From a virus (taxonomy: Duplodnaviria; Caudoviricetes): DNA of 49,074 bases. Below the pieces are notes generated by a model, which was not told the origin of the DNA, searched no databases, and saw only the letters and a program-made list of their open reading frames with translations. Of this stretch, positions 7,458 to 16,871 are shown piece by piece; positions within the stretch are counted from its first letter, which is position 1; every line of letters begins with the position of its first letter. The stretch is from IMG/VR virus record IMGVR_UViG_3300021066_000004, positions 1-49,074 of that record; one strand, 5' to 3'. The position numbers and the translations under genes are program-made.

Positions 7458-9027
7458 TGCCGCTCTCCTGCCCGGCCTTCGCGCAATGCCACAGTTCTCC
7501 GAGTTTGCCGCCGCTCTCCACGTAGCAAGGGATAGACCCGCCGTTTGATGTGTCACAGGTGCATCGCTTACCGCTGATCTGCTTCTGCTCCCCCTGCGGC
7601 TGGGCGAGGGCGCGCTTCAGTGGATATGCCCGGTCGGCACGCTTGGTGAATTCGTAGATTGCATTATCCAATGCGCGCCATGACTCACATTGCGACTGCT
7701 TTGCCTCGTCCAGCCTGTTTAAAAGGCCATCGGCCTCATTCTGGGTATCTGTCTCGTCCTCATCGACAGCTTGCTGAGCCGACCATACAGCGTTGCACGC
7801 GTCCATGAATTCTCTCGCGGCGGTCGCAAGGTACCGGCCATGCTCGATGGCGTACTGCTCTGGCGTGCGGCCCTGTGGCTGCGGCCGGGCGAGGGCGGCG
7901 CTCTCCACCGGCGCGGGCGAGGCGGCGAGGGCGGCGCTACCGTCAATCACCGTGCTGTGATTCCAGCCGAAGTACAGCTTGTTGTGCTCGACGAGCACCC
8001 AAAGAACATGGCGCAACTGCCGCTCGCGCTCCTTGGTGTCCTCCAATTCTCGCTGCCGATGTGCTGCATACTGAGCGTGCTGCTCAGCCTGTCGCCCCAT
8101 CTGTTCAATCCGCTCCCTCAGCCCCGCCAGCTCCTCAAGTTTTGCCTGTGCCGGGGCATCATCGTTGGCCTTGATGAACTTACGACAGGCATCCAATACC
8201 GCGTCGTTGCTGCCTGAGTTCCAGGCATCTGTGAGCACGTTGAATCGTGCCTGCCAGTATTCGGTGCATTTGCCAAATGTCGCTCGCAACCCCGCCATCT
8301 CCGCGAGCATCGCATCGCGTGCACTGGCGTCGCGGGCGCAGTCTTGGGCGAGGGTGTCACAGCGCCTCAACAGATGAGCAAGATCTTTGAGCACGTGATC
8401 GGGTATGCCGCCGCGGTTCTCGTATTTTCTGGACAGGCTGTAACGTACATACTCTGTCTCTTCATCGGGCTCCACCGCCACCGGCTTGCGCAGCTCTGTC
8501 AGCTGGCTGTGCCATTCCTGCTCCACCCACTCGGCGTACTCACGCCAGCCCTTGTCTCCGATGGCCTCTAGGCGATTGCGCAGCTCGGCGAGCTGCTTCT
8601 TTATCGCTTCGAGTTCTTCGTCCATCTCACAGATGGTCGCATCTCGTACCTGGATCTTTCGCTCCAGACGCTGAACCTGTTTGCGGTGTCCATTGACTCG
8701 CTTGCACAGCGCGTCCACAGCTCGCACGGCGTCAACTCCGTCCTCGCTCTCGAACTCCTTCCGTATGTCTGCCCAAGGGCGGCGCAGCTCGGCGATGGTG
8801 GCGTCGCGCTGGCTGAGCTTCGTCTCGGTCGCGGTCATTGCTCGCTCGAGGGTGGCGATGGTGGATTCCCGCTCGCGAATGGCTTGCCACAAATCCCTGA
8901 TGTCACCAGGAGATTCCCAGCCTTCATACTGCTTTGGCAGTTCTGGATTTATCTCCAGCATTCTCAGGTCTTCTGCATGCCTGAGCTCGATCGCCTGCAA
9001 CTGCTCGTCGGTGATGGTCATGCTCAA
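7450..9027 (-). CDS. Large mosaic coiled-coil protein
   Basis: 525-aa ORF; shares a segment with 13813-14352. Confidence 0.7.
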   Translation of the reverse strand: MSMTITDEQLQAIELRHAEDLRMLEINPELPKQYEGWESPGDIRDLWQAIRERESTIATLERAMTATETKLSQRDATIAELRRPWADIRKEFESEDGVDAVRAVDALCKRVNGHRKQVQRLERKIQVRDATICEMDEELEAIKKQLAELRNRLEAIGDKGWREYAEWVEQEWHSQLTELRKPVAVEPDEETEYVRYSLSRKYENRGGIPDHVLKDLAHLLRRCDTLAQDCARDASARDAMLAEMAGLRATFGKCTEYWQARFNVLTDAWNSGSNDAVLDACRKFIKANDDAPAQAKLEELAGLRERIEQMGRQAEQHAQYAAHRQRELEDTKERERQLRHVLWVLVEHNKLYFGWNHSTVIDGSAALAASPAPVESAALARPQPQGRTPEQYAIEHGRYLATAAREFMDACNAVWSAQQAVDEDETDTQNEADGLLNRLDEAKQSQCESWRALDNAIYEFTKRADRAYPLKRALAQPQGEQKQISGKRCTCDTSNGGSIPCYVESGGKLGELWHCAKAGQESGNV

Positions 9028-9287
9028 GCTCCGTTCAATGCCTTGGCGGCTTCTTTCGAGGTCAACCCGATGGCCATGCAGCCGTGCAGGGTCGCGCTGA
9101 AATAGTCAGGCCGGTACTCGAATGCCAGGCCTTGCGCTACAAGGCGCTGCATTGACGCGTAGCTGTCACAGCCTGGATTACTGTTGAAGTAATTGCGATA
9201 GCACCAGCGCTTCCGTGGCCTCGTGCTGCACACGCCGAGCATGTGCCGCAGGTTGTCCATGTCTTGAATCAGATGCTCGGTAATCAT
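9024..9287 (-). CDS. Hypothetical protein
   Basis: HMLG...YRNYF motif; coupled. Confidence 0.6.
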   Translation of the reverse strand: MITEHLIQDMDNLRHMLGVCSTRPRKRWCYRNYFNSNPGCDSYASMQRLVAQGLAFEYRPDYFSATLHGCMAIGLTSKEAAKALNGA

Positions 9288-9514
9288 TGTTGCTCCCCAG
9301 TCAATAGCTTGGTCTTGCGATAGCAGTCCATCGGGAAATCGCCAACCTCGGCGCACTGGCAGCACTCGGTATGGCAGGGCTCGGTAACTTCAACGGGCTC
9401 CAGCAATCCATGCAGCTCGGCTAGTTTCTGGATCCCGAAGCCGTCAGGGCAAGAATCCGGAAAGTCCTCTAGGATCGCGTTTGCGAATGCTCGCAATTTA
9501 GCTACTTCGCTCAT
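9284..9514 (-). CDS. Small Cys-rich protein
   Basis: EPC..CCQCAEVGDFP.DCYR. Confidence 0.6.
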   Translation of the reverse strand: MSEVAKLRAFANAILEDFPDSCPDGFGIQKLAELHGLLEPVEVTEPCHTECCQCAEVGDFPMDCYRKTKLLTGEQQ

Positions 9515-9765
9515 GGCACAACCTTGGCTCGTGTATTTCGAAAGCCACGCGCTGATATGTAGTAAGCCTGAGTGCCGCACTCCTCTACTACCTCGGACCA
9601 GTCGTTGTACTTGGTACTGTTAGGCCCGTTAGGCAACGACTTGAGGCATTCGAAAAACACATCACGTCGTATATCCTGGTCGTAGTAGCCGCCGGTTGGC
9701 GGCGCTGGGTTTTCGCAGCCAGCCAGCACAAAGGCGGAAAGCGCTATGGATATTTTTATTTTCAT
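9511..9765 (-). CDS. Small lipoprotein
   Basis: Signal peptide with lipobox LAGC; AAGGAG SD. Confidence 0.7.
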   Translation of the reverse strand: MKIKISIALSAFVLAGCENPAPPTGGYYDQDIRRDVFFECLKSLPNGPNSTKYNDWSEVVEECGTQAYYISARGFRNTRAKVVP

Positions 9766-10409
9766 GCCTGCTCCTTGTGCTTTGCCGCCGCCTGCAACAC
9801 CTCGTCGACGTTCTTCTGCAGCACTTCGAAAGTCAGCGCCCACACGAAAGGATCAGCGTCCCACGCGCCGGCGCCGTTGATTGAGTCCCAGAGCCGTCTA
9901 TAACCCTCAACGTGGGGGCTGCTGCCGCCATCTGGCGCAACAAGCAGCGGCTCTGCGCCCTCAGCTATCGCATCCGCCTCATTGGTTTCCTGCAGCCGCT
10001 GCACGCGTAGATCGGTGATGCGCAGGGTGATGCGAGAGCGCTGGCGCGGCATGAAGATCGAAGGGCGCCAGTTGCCACCTTCGGGCCAGTCCGGGGCCGG
10101 CGTTGCTCGATAGGCAATCTCACAGGAGTCCTGATTGATCTTGTATCTGGCCCAAGTCTCGCGAACCCACAGCAGATCGCCGGGTGAGCCGTAGGGACAA
10201 CGAACACCACCAGTTGCGAATTGGTAATGCGGCCGATCCGTGTGCACCATGAATATCCAGCAGCCATTCCCTCGCGGCTCAGGTCGCACGGGCTCGTGAA
10301 CGGCAGCGAGATTTGGTTGCGGCTTCACGATGCGCCGCGTCTGTGTCTTCGTGCCAGCAAGCAGCGCGCGCACCATCGGCGCCGAGAACAGGATGGGACG
10401 GGCGTTCAT
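9762..10409 (-). CDS. ASCH/PUA-like phage protein
   Basis: RPILFSAPMVRALLAG.KTQTRR, CPYG.PGD.LWVRET, WRPSIFMPR, EADAIAEG. Confidence 0.8.
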   Translation of the reverse strand: MNARPILFSAPMVRALLAGTKTQTRRIVKPQPNLAAVHEPVRPEPRGNGCWIFMVHTDRPHYQFATGGVRCPYGSPGDLLWVRETWARYKINQDSCEIAYRATPAPDWPEGGNWRPSIFMPRQRSRITLRITDLRVQRLQETNEADAIAEGAEPLLVAPDGGSSPHVEGYRRLWDSINGAGAWDADPFVWALTFEVLQKNVDEVLQAAAKHKEQA

Positions 10410-10597
10410 GCCTGCTCCTTCGCGCGTTGCTCGGCCCGGCGATAGCGCGACTCCTGCGACATTGCCCGGGACAGCAAATCGTCAGCGTACTTCTGGGCTA
10501 GCTCAGCTGCTGCCTTTGCATCCGCTTCGGTGCTGAAGACGTGCTGATGGTGGCCTTCGAGGCGCCACAGGCCGTTGTAATCTCGTTCTGGTGTCAT
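10406..10597 (-). CDS. Hypothetical protein
   Basis: GGAGG SD and coupled start. Confidence 0.55.
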   Translation of the reverse strand: MTPERDYNGLWRLEGHHQHVFSTEADAKAAAELAQKYADDLLSRAMSQESRYRRAEQRAKEQA

Positions 10598-10899
10598 GCT
10601 GCCTCCGTCTTGATATAACCGCGCGTTTCCAACCAAAACAGCCACTGACATAGACCCCGAAGAGCATCAGCGTCCAGTTGCGCACGGCTGTGAGCCGACT
10701 TTGCGCGACCGTCGTAGATCGAATGGCAGTAGTGGCACATAGGAATAGCCGCGAAGTCGCAAGGTTTTTGAGACGTGCCAGCTATGCCGCCACGCCGGAG
10801 ATGCGCCAGCACGACGGTCTCATTGCCGGGTCCTGGACTGCATCCAGCTAACCGCAACAAGCAGGCCTTCCCTTCGGCTATCTTTCTCAGGTTCGTCAC
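10594..10899 (-). CDS. DUF1364/YbcO-like putative nuclease
   Basis: C.LRL.GC...ETVVLAH.R...K..D...C..CH..YDG. Confidence 0.8.
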   Translation of the reverse strand: MTNLRKIAEGKACLLRLAGCSPGPGNETVVLAHLRRGGIAGTSQKPCDFAAIPMCHYCHSIYDGRAKSAHSRAQLDADALRGLCQWLFWLETRGYIKTEAA

Positions 10900-11351
10900 G
10901 CCGCGGTCTCCTCAATCATCCGATCGCGCCAGTTCTTTTCTGGATCAGGCACGATAACGCCCCAATGTTCGGCTGCCACTTGTTGGACGAACGAATAGAA
11001 GCTGGCGAAGTCGAGCTTGTTGATCACATCCCGGCGCCCCAACTCGTCTGTCGTGGTCGTACGCTTTGGCCGGGTGATCTTTCGGCGGGCAATCTCGTGC
11101 TCAACCTCTCCGAAGTAGGCGCGGCAGAAAACCTCGTGCAGCTCCTCCTTGCGGTAGCCGGTGTGCTCCATGATCGGCGGATAAGCGACACCGAACAGGG
11201 CGGCGTTCTGCTCGTCACTGCGGTCGGCTCGGTCCATTTGCACCGTAACCTTGACCTTGTAACGCGCCGCTTGCCGGCCGATCTCTGCAAGTACCGGCAC
11301 GAGCCGGGGCGAAGTCATAACCTCGCCCTTGGGGATGCGGAAGGTTTCCAT
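10896..11351 (-). CDS. NinB/Orf-like recombination mediator
   Basis: RS.EQNA.L, ELHE, TT motifs. Confidence 0.7.
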   Translation of the reverse strand: METFRIPKGEVMTSPRLVPVLAEIGRQAARYKVKVTVQMDRADRSDEQNAALFGVAYPPIMEHTGYRKEELHEVFCRAYFGEVEHEIARRKITRPKRTTTTDELGRRDVINKLDFASFYSFVQQVAAEHWGVIVPDPEKNWRDRMIEETAA

Positions 11352-11352
11352 G

Positions 11353-12123
11353 TCAGGCAGCGCTAGACGCTATGCTCTTATCCGAGTACACGCGAACGCC
11401 TGGGATAAGCGCATCACCCTTGAGCGATTGCACGACGCCGCGGATCTTTGACTCATCGACCGAAAGGTAAGCACGTGGCACCAGCGAAGGGTCAGTCACT
11501 TCGAACTTCCAGACTTCGCGAGTGACGATGCCAGCGACCTTTGGCGCCTCGCGCTGGATCACTGGCGCGACAACCGCGGCGGCTTGAATCTCCAGCGTGG
11601 CAACTCGCTGCTCTGCCTTTGCTTCAGTCGCCACGGCTCTTGCGGCAAGCTTGGCAGCCTCGGCTTTGCGGCCGGCAGCAGCAGCAGCCTCCGCCGCCTT
11701 GCGCTGTTCCTCGGCCTTGGTGCGGGCCGCTGCTTCCGCAGCTCGTGCCTCAGCGGCGAGACGCTCGCGCTCCTTGCGCGCGATCTCATCAGCCTTGCGC
11801 TGCTCCTCCAGCCGCAAGCGCTCCTGCTCGGCCGTGAACGCGCCCATGCTGCGCTTGATCTCGATCTCGAGTTGCGCAAGCGGCTGATCCTGCTCCTTGG
11901 CCTGGTTGTTGACCTCCTTTAGCGAGGCATTGATCGGCCTGGTGATGCGCGTTCGGGCTTCCTCGATCTTGGCTCGCATGCCCTTTATGGCCTTGAGCCA
12001 GTCGCCGGCCTGCGTGTACTGAGCGGGCGTTTTGATCGCTACTTTGGCGAGCGCGGTCAGTTGCTCAACTTTCGGCCGGATCGCTATGACTTCGGAGTCG
12101 GTGTTTAGGTCAATGATTTGCAT
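11353..12123 (-). CDS. Coiled-coil recombination-module protein
   Basis: Ala/Glu-rich coil and C-terminal WKFEVTD...VPR.Y...IPGVRVY. Confidence 0.7.
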   Translation of the reverse strand: MQIIDLNTDSEVIAIRPKVEQLTALAKVAIKTPAQYTQAGDWLKAIKGMRAKIEEARTRITRPINASLKEVNNQAKEQDQPLAQLEIEIKRSMGAFTAEQERLRLEEQRKADEIARKERERLAAEARAAEAAARTKAEEQRKAAEAAAAAGRKAEAAKLAARAVATEAKAEQRVATLEIQAAAVVAPVIQREAPKVAGIVTREVWKFEVTDPSLVPRAYLSVDESKIRGVVQSLKGDALIPGVRVYSDKSIASSAA

Positions 12124-12685
12124 TGTTAAATTTCCAGATGTTCAAGCATGAGAGAAACATCGACCAGTCGGCAGGGTCGGTCCGCTTGTGCGATCGGTAC
12201 TTGCCGTCCTGAAGATGGATGCAGTAGCGCTCTGGCTCACGGCACCCGTGCATGCGTGCGTATGCCTTGGCGTAGGCGACTGTCTGTATGCCGACAGTGC
12301 GCGGGACCGCGGCGGTAGCCTTCAGGTCCGGGATAACGGTGCGCGGGCCCCAAGCAAGGATGATGTCCGGTGTGCCGGCATAGCCGAGCTGATCGTGATA
12401 AACACGGCACTCGCTAGCGATAACAACGGCGCCGGTGTCTTCCAAGAAGCTCGCCCAGGCACGGACATAAGGCTCAAGTGACGGGTCTAGCGAATCCCAG
12501 TCGAGCTGCTCACGGTTGTATAGGTCGCATGCGGCGTGCACGTTCTGACCGAACTGGCATGCTGCCGCCAGCACGTCTGCAGGCACGTTAGAAAAGTCCT
12601 GCAGTGGCCTGATGATCTCGGACACACTCGGGAGCTTGCGCCCCGCGAGCGTGTACGTATGCGTGCTGGCGTCGAACTGCAGCAT
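12110..12685 (-). CDS. PD-(D/E)XK exonuclease
   Basis: PSVSEI, G..VH, YAGTPD, DLK, Q..AY motifs; next to the SSAP. Confidence 0.8.
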   Translation of the reverse strand: MLQFDASTHTYTLAGRKLPSVSEIIRPLQDFSNVPADVLAAACQFGQNVHAACDLYNREQLDWDSLDPSLEPYVRAWASFLEDTGAVVIASECRVYHDQLGYAGTPDIILAWGPRTVIPDLKATAAVPRTVGIQTVAYAKAYARMHGCREPERYCIHLQDGKYRSHKRTDPADWSMFLSCLNIWKFNNANH

Positions 12686-12687
12686 GA

Positions 12688-13521
12688 TTAGCCGTCCGAA
12701 CCAGGCTCGCGGTTGCCGTTCTGGATCCAGGCAAGGCCGTCGTTTACTTTGTCGAAGGGCAGGGCAGCGATCGACTCAACCTCGAAGCGCTTGCAGAATT
12801 CCTCTGCAGAGATGCCGGCGTTATCCAGCTTCTTTCGCAACAGGCCGGCCTGCTTTTCGGTGCATGCACCGCCATTGGAGGTTTTTGGTTTTGGTGCCTC
12901 CGTGGTTGGCTTGCCGCGTGGCTCGGCTGGCTCATCGCCGCCGCGCAGCTCCTCTGGCATGTCTTCCAAGTCCTGCGTGAAGATGTCGCTGGCAGCGGTG
13001 ACATTCAGCGTCATGGCAATCTGCGCCCGCTTGCAGGCCATCTTTAGCGCCGTGTTGGCAAGGTCCGCGCACTCGGTCCGAACCTGCTGAATCTCGTACT
13101 CGCCATCCTGGCGGCTGTAGCCGTACTTGGTGCGTCGCCGCGACTCATCAGTGTTGTCCCACTCGCGGCGCGAGGCCTTGCGCCACTTGTACTTCTCCTC
13201 ATTGGTGCTGCACTCACCCATGCCCTCGCCGAGCACGACGCCGGTGCCCTGGTGCGTGCCAACGCAAGTAACCCGGTAGCGGATGCAGTCACTGTCCGAA
13301 AGGTCCTCTACTCGGTAGCTCGCGGCGATGTGGAAGGTTGCGCACAGCACCTCGGCGCCCGGCTTCCAGAGCGACGGCTTTGGAGTGCCAGGGATCACGC
13401 CGAAGTGCGTCTTGTCCTTCATCACGGCACGCATCACTTGCTGGATGCGCTGGACGTGCGCCTTGATGTCCGTTGCCGTGGCAGGCAAGGCGTTGTTCGA
13501 AAGTGTTACTACTGCGCTCAA
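12688..13521 (-). CDS. Putative single-strand annealing protein (recombinase)
   Basis: IPGT.KPSLWKPGAE.LC, NT.LKMA.KRA, FTQDLED; TTG start after GGAGA; position beside the exonuclease. Confidence 0.7.
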   Translation of the reverse strand: MSAVVTLSNNALPATATDIKAHVQRIQQVMRAVMKDKTHFGVIPGTPKPSLWKPGAEVLCATFHIAASYRVEDLSDSDCIRYRVTCVGTHQGTGVVLGEGMGECSTNEEKYKWRKASRREWDNTDESRRRTKYGYSRQDGEYEIQQVRTECADLANTALKMACKRAQIAMTLNVTAASDIFTQDLEDMPEELRGGDEPAEPRGKPTTEAPKPKTSNGGACTEKQAGLLRKKLDNAGISAEEFCKRFEVESIAALPFDKVNDGLAWIQNGNREPGSDG

Positions 13522-13523
13522 AG

Positions 13524-13706
13524 CTATTTCTCCAATGTGTTTAATCGCATGCCCCTTGCTGCGCGCCGCTCGCGCATGGCCTGAAGCCATCGGCGCATGA
13601 AGGTCGGCGTTTCGAACTCGCTGTAATCGGTGCGCAATGCCTGGGCTCCTCGCAGATGATCGGTCGGCAGAATGAACGGCCGCTTGCACTTGCCTGGGCG
13701 CTTCAT
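13524..13706 (-). CDS. Small hypothetical protein
   Basis: Coupled ORF. Confidence 0.45.
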   Translation of the reverse strand: MKRPGKCKRPFILPTDHLRGAQALRTDYSEFETPTFMRRWLQAMRERRAARGMRLNTLEK

Positions 13707-13816
13707 GGACGCACCCGCTTGCGGTCGGCCAGCAACTCGCTAATCAAGTACGAGCCGAAGATCACAAAGATGATCAGCCCGATGCAGCCCAAGATCAGCT
13801 TTGCAAGGATGCTCAT
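13703..13816 (-). CDS. 37-aa membrane peptide
   Basis: AGGAGGT SD; single TM segment. Confidence 0.55.
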   Translation of the reverse strand: MSILAKLILGCIGLIIFVIFGSYLISELLADRKRVRP

Positions 13817-14352
13817 GACTTCGGACCTCCTGGGAGCGGCATCCAGTGACTTGGCTGGTATTCCCAAACCTTCAGACGCCGGCCTTTCCACTCCCAGCGG
13901 GTTTCGTTCTCATACAAACGGCAATCGGGACTGAGCAAAACGCCCGTCGCTATTTCCCAATTCCTAACCTTGCCGTCATCATCACGGTCTGTGACGATGT
14001 AGAGGAGAATTACGCGCATCTCAGGGGCGCTTGAAACATCCCGCCACTCCCGCTCGCTCAGCTGCTGACGGAGTTCAGCGTTTTGCTTATATAGCTGCGC
14101 AATGTGCTTTCGATGGCTATCAGCGCGCTTGCATAGCGCGTTCATGGCGATGTTGGTATCTAACCCATCGCTACTGAATTCTGCCTCGATGTCCGCGAAG
14201 GGCAGCTTCAGGTAGTGCAACTCCTTCTGCAGCTCCTGGATCTTGCGGAGCAGGGCGGCGACAGTTTTGAAATCAGGCACCTTGAACATCTCGGCGCAGG
14301 AGTCCATCTCCCCGGCGAGCCGCTCCGCGTCCTCGAGCTTCACGTCAGTCAT
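13813..14352 (-). CDS. Coiled-coil plus DUF551-like protein
   Basis: WRDVSSAP...PSHWMPLP C-terminus. Confidence 0.7.
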   Translation of the reverse strand: MTDVKLEDAERLAGEMDSCAEMFKVPDFKTVAALLRKIQELQKELHYLKLPFADIEAEFSSDGLDTNIAMNALCKRADSHRKHIAQLYKQNAELRQQLSEREWRDVSSAPEMRVILLYIVTDRDDDGKVRNWEIATGVLLSPDCRLYENETRWEWKGRRLKVWEYQPSHWMPLPGGPKS

Positions 14353-14633
14353 GGCGCTGCTCCAGTGAACGCACGCGGACAAAGCCTTACCTGGTCTGCC
14401 TCGCCGACCCTGACGACCTTTCTCCAAACATGGCTGCACTGATCAGCCCGCATGCCGACGGGAGGCCTGAGCCAACGGCCCTTGATTCGCATCTCGACAA
14501 GATCGAAGTGGTTCCCACGCCGAATGGTAGAATCTCGAAACATGGCGGATTCTTTTGGGCAATTGGCATAGGCGTATTCGAGAGTCACGCCGTTGTACCT
14601 ATTGTGGTAAGTCACTGGTGATTCAGAGCTCAC
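14349..14633 (-). CDS. Hypothetical protein
   Basis: Coupled GTG start with GAGGAG. Confidence 0.5.
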   Translation of the reverse strand: MSSESPVTYHNRYNGVTLEYAYANCPKESAMFRDSTIRRGNHFDLVEMRIKGRWLRPPVGMRADQCSHVWRKVVRVGEADQVRLCPRAFTGAAP

Positions 14634-14803
14634 GGCTGCTTCTCCTCATCGATACGGCCATTCGGCATAGAGTCAGCAATCTGTTTTCCAGCCGTACGCC
14701 ACCGCTCCATGGCCTTCTCGCGACAGTCACAGGTGTTGCCGGTCACGTAGATCGGGGCCATGCATGTTGCACATTGGCCGATCATTGGCGAGTCATAGTT
14801 CAA
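14630..14803 (-). CDS. 57-aa Cys-containing protein (absent from ORF track)
   Basis: CATC...CDC; TTG start overlaps the upstream stop. Confidence 0.5.
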   Translation of the reverse strand: MNYDSPMIGQCATCMAPIYVTGNTCDCREKAMERWRTAGKQIADSMPNGRIDEEKQP

Positions 14804-15087
14804 GGCTGCTTACCCTCGCTGTAACCCACCGAATCCGCGTAAGCCACCTCGCGCGAGTCCTCATCGCAAGGCTCGCAAACCTCACACACGCCATCCGCGC
14901 AGTCCTGGCAGCACTCGCACTTCGCCTGCGGGTGCCAGCACGTCTCACAGCGCGGGGGCGTCTGCTGGCATGTGCAATCGTCCTCGATCACGCCTGAGCC
15001 GCAGGGGCAGGGCTGGGAGACGAGATTGACCGGCTTGCCGTCCACTGCTTGCAGTGCGTGCAGCAGAACCTTTAGGGCGGCGCTCAT
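14800..15087 (-). CDS. Cys-rich protein with SEC-C-like PCPCGSG
   Basis: 13 Cys in about 50 residues. Confidence 0.6.
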   Translation of the reverse strand: MSAALKVLLHALQAVDGKPVNLVSQPCPCGSGVIEDDCTCQQTPPRCETCWHPQAKCECCQDCADGVCEVCEPCDEDSREVAYADSVGYSEGKQP

Positions 15088-15266
15088 CGGCTCTCCAACA
15101 AGTGCGTAAGGCTGTCGATCGCCTCTATCTCGGTCTCTCCCCAGCAGATAGGCATGCCAGGCTCCCACTCAGGTTCTGAAGCGGTCCAGCGGCGCCACGC
15201 TTGGTAAGTAACCTCTATCGGCACGTCAACGCCGTTGACGCGCACCGTTGTTTGCTTGGTGGTCAT
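15084..15266 (-). CDS. Hypothetical protein
   Basis: G.TE.EAI motif; coupled. Confidence 0.55.
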   Translation of the reverse strand: MTTKQTTVRVNGVDVPIEVTYQAWRRWTASEPEWEPGMPICWGETEIEAIDSLTHLLESR

Positions 15267-15556
15267 GCCTCGTGCCTCGCCAGTAGCGCTTCGACTTCCA
15301 TGCGAGTAGCGGTTCTGAGATCGTTGTCGTTGTCCTGGAAAATCTGCTTTAGCAAAGCGTACATCGCAGGACACTCGGCGATCAGGGCGGCGTTGGCCTC
15401 TGTCTGCTCTGACTTGCTGTCTGGATCGCCGAAAGGGATCACCGTTGCTACAGTGACTTTGTAGCCCATGATCTGCGCTTGAATGATGCGATCGCCGTAG
15501 GGCGGGTCGAACAAGCCGCCATCGGTCCATGGACCTTGAGTGAACTTCGTGCTCAT
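15263..15556 (-). CDS. Hypothetical protein
   Basis: FTQGPW...EANAALIA..P..Y.LL, a common lambdoid early family. Confidence 0.7.
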   Translation of the reverse strand: MSTKFTQGPWTDGGLFDPPYGDRIIQAQIMGYKVTVATVIPFGDPDSKSEQTEANAALIAECPAMYALLKQIFQDNDNDLRTATRMEVEALLARHEA

Positions 15557-15668
15557 ACACTCACCGCCGCATTCATTACCCACAGCGGGAGCGAGGTCAT
15601 CGCCACATACGCACCGCAGATCAGCATGCCGACCAGGGTGTGATTAGAGAGGCTGTCGAGCCAGGAGA

Positions 15669-16061
15669 TCATGATTGCACCGCGTCGCAGGCGGGGATGT
15701 TGGCTTCTATAAAGTCGGCGATTTCTGGAAATGACAGCTTGGCCACATCGTTTAGGTAAGCGAGGGTTGCCTGTACACTTTCAGGGCTACCCTCTGTCCA
15801 ATCTCCGGGAATCCATGTGCCCATGGATAAACAGCCTGCGGCCTGCAGATTCCCGTGACTCGCCATCTGTTGGTGGCGAAGACCGAAGCAAACTAAGCCA
15901 GCTACACCCATGCAGCAGTAGCCATGAGAGTCGCAAAGCATTCCATCGGTCTGCTCGTAGTCGCCGCTCCTAAGCGCAGCCAGCCACTTATCCTTCTGCG
16001 CCTTGGTCAGGGTGATTCCAGCTAGCCACTCGGGCTTGATGACCGGTAGTTCGTTGCTCAT
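15669..16061 (-). CDS. Hypothetical protein
   Basis: KWLAALRSGDYEQ..G.L..CC.GV...LND..SF.EIADFIE. Confidence 0.7.
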   Translation of the reverse strand: MSNELPVIKPEWLAGITLTKAQKDKWLAALRSGDYEQTDGMLCDSHGYCCMGVAGLVCFGLRHQQMASHGNLQAAGCLSMGTWIPGDWTEGSPESVQATLAYLNDVAKLSFPEIADFIEANIPACDAVQS

Positions 16062-16300
16062 CGTCCAGCCCTCGGCTCAAAGTCACTGCCCAGCGGCGTG
16101 CGGTAGACCAGCTGCCGCCATGCGCGCTTGCTGCAATAGAAGGGGTATCCATCGCCGTACTTGTCGAACTGCACGAGCGTGCGCTGGCCCCGTACGGTCC
16201 GCAGACGCACTTGGTAGGCAGGCTCGGCGAATATCTCTCGGTGAGCTGCGCGGGCGGCCAGCACCATGGCGAGGCTGTAGTTGCGGTTGCGTGTGTTCAT
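16058..16300 (-). CDS. Hypothetical protein
   Basis: Coupled ORF. Confidence 0.5.
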   Translation of the reverse strand: MNTRNRNYSLAMVLAARAAHREIFAEPAYQVRLRTVRGQRTLVQFDKYGDGYPFYCSKRAWRQLVYRTPLGSDFEPRAGR

Positions 16301-16560
16301 TGGGCACCCACAAGTAGAGTTGCGAACTCCGCATCGCGCTGCAGCTCTGCACGGGGCTCACAGCGGCCGTCGTGAAGCGTCAACAGCTGTTTGGCCATGT
16401 CGGTGCCGCCAGCGAAGTACGCGGCACGCGCGACCCTTGTCAGCACCGTGGCAAGCGCCGGCTGAGAGGCGATGTAGCGATTGATAAGCAGCGCCGTCTC
16501 GCGGTCCGGTGAGGCCAGGAAGGCCTCGAAGGGGCAGGGCTGTGTTTCGATGTTGTTCAT
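16297..16560 (-). CDS. Hypothetical protein
   Basis: ATG at 16560 overlaps the upstream stop; AYFAG motif. Confidence 0.55.
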   Translation of the reverse strand: MNNIETQPCPFEAFLASPDRETALLINRYIASQPALATVLTRVARAAYFAGGTDMAKQLLTLHDGRCEPRAELQRDAEFATLLVGAQ

Positions 16561-16652
16561 GCGGCACCGCCGAGCGAGATGAGCGCCATGGCGCCCAGGC
16601 AGGCGTAGGCGGCTAGGGCGAGGAACCAAGGACTCGCGTGCTTTCTGACCAT
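16557..16652 (-). CDS. First pL gene, 31-aa membrane peptide
   Basis: MVRKHASPWFLALAAY...; GGGAG SD downstream of pL. Confidence 0.45.
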   Translation of the reverse strand: MVRKHASPWFLALAAYACLGAMALISLGGAA

Positions 16653-16699
16653 CTCTTCTGCTCCCTCGGCCGTTGTGGTGGCGGCTCGTGTGGGAGGGG

Positions 16700-16742
16700 A
16701 GTCTATGGAATCCCATATACTAGTGTCAATGGGATTCCGTAG
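16700..16742 (-). promoter_or_regulatory. pL-like promoter with two operators
   Basis: Minus strand TTGACA-N18-TAGACT; operators CTATGGAATCCCATAT (16703) and CAATGGGATTCCGTAG (16727). Confidence 0.8.
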
Positions 16743-16760
16743 TTTTTTACTACGGCAACT

Positions 16761-16784
16761 AAAAACCCGGCACAATGGCCGGGT
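16761..16784 (-). terminator. Intrinsic terminator (immunity transcript)
   Basis: Minus strand ACCCGGCcattgtGCCGGGT followed by a T-run. Confidence 0.7.
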
Positions 16785-16871
16785 CTGGTCCGGTTCTGCG
16801 TGTCGGCTGACCTAGATCGTCAACACGGGGGCCAACAGGGGTCGCATAGGGGAAGTGGTACGATAGCCACC

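Noticed and set aside
12110-12685. Cas4 / CRISPR system
   Set aside because: No four-Cys cluster pattern, no other cas genes, and no repeat-spacer array seen; fits a recombination exonuclease
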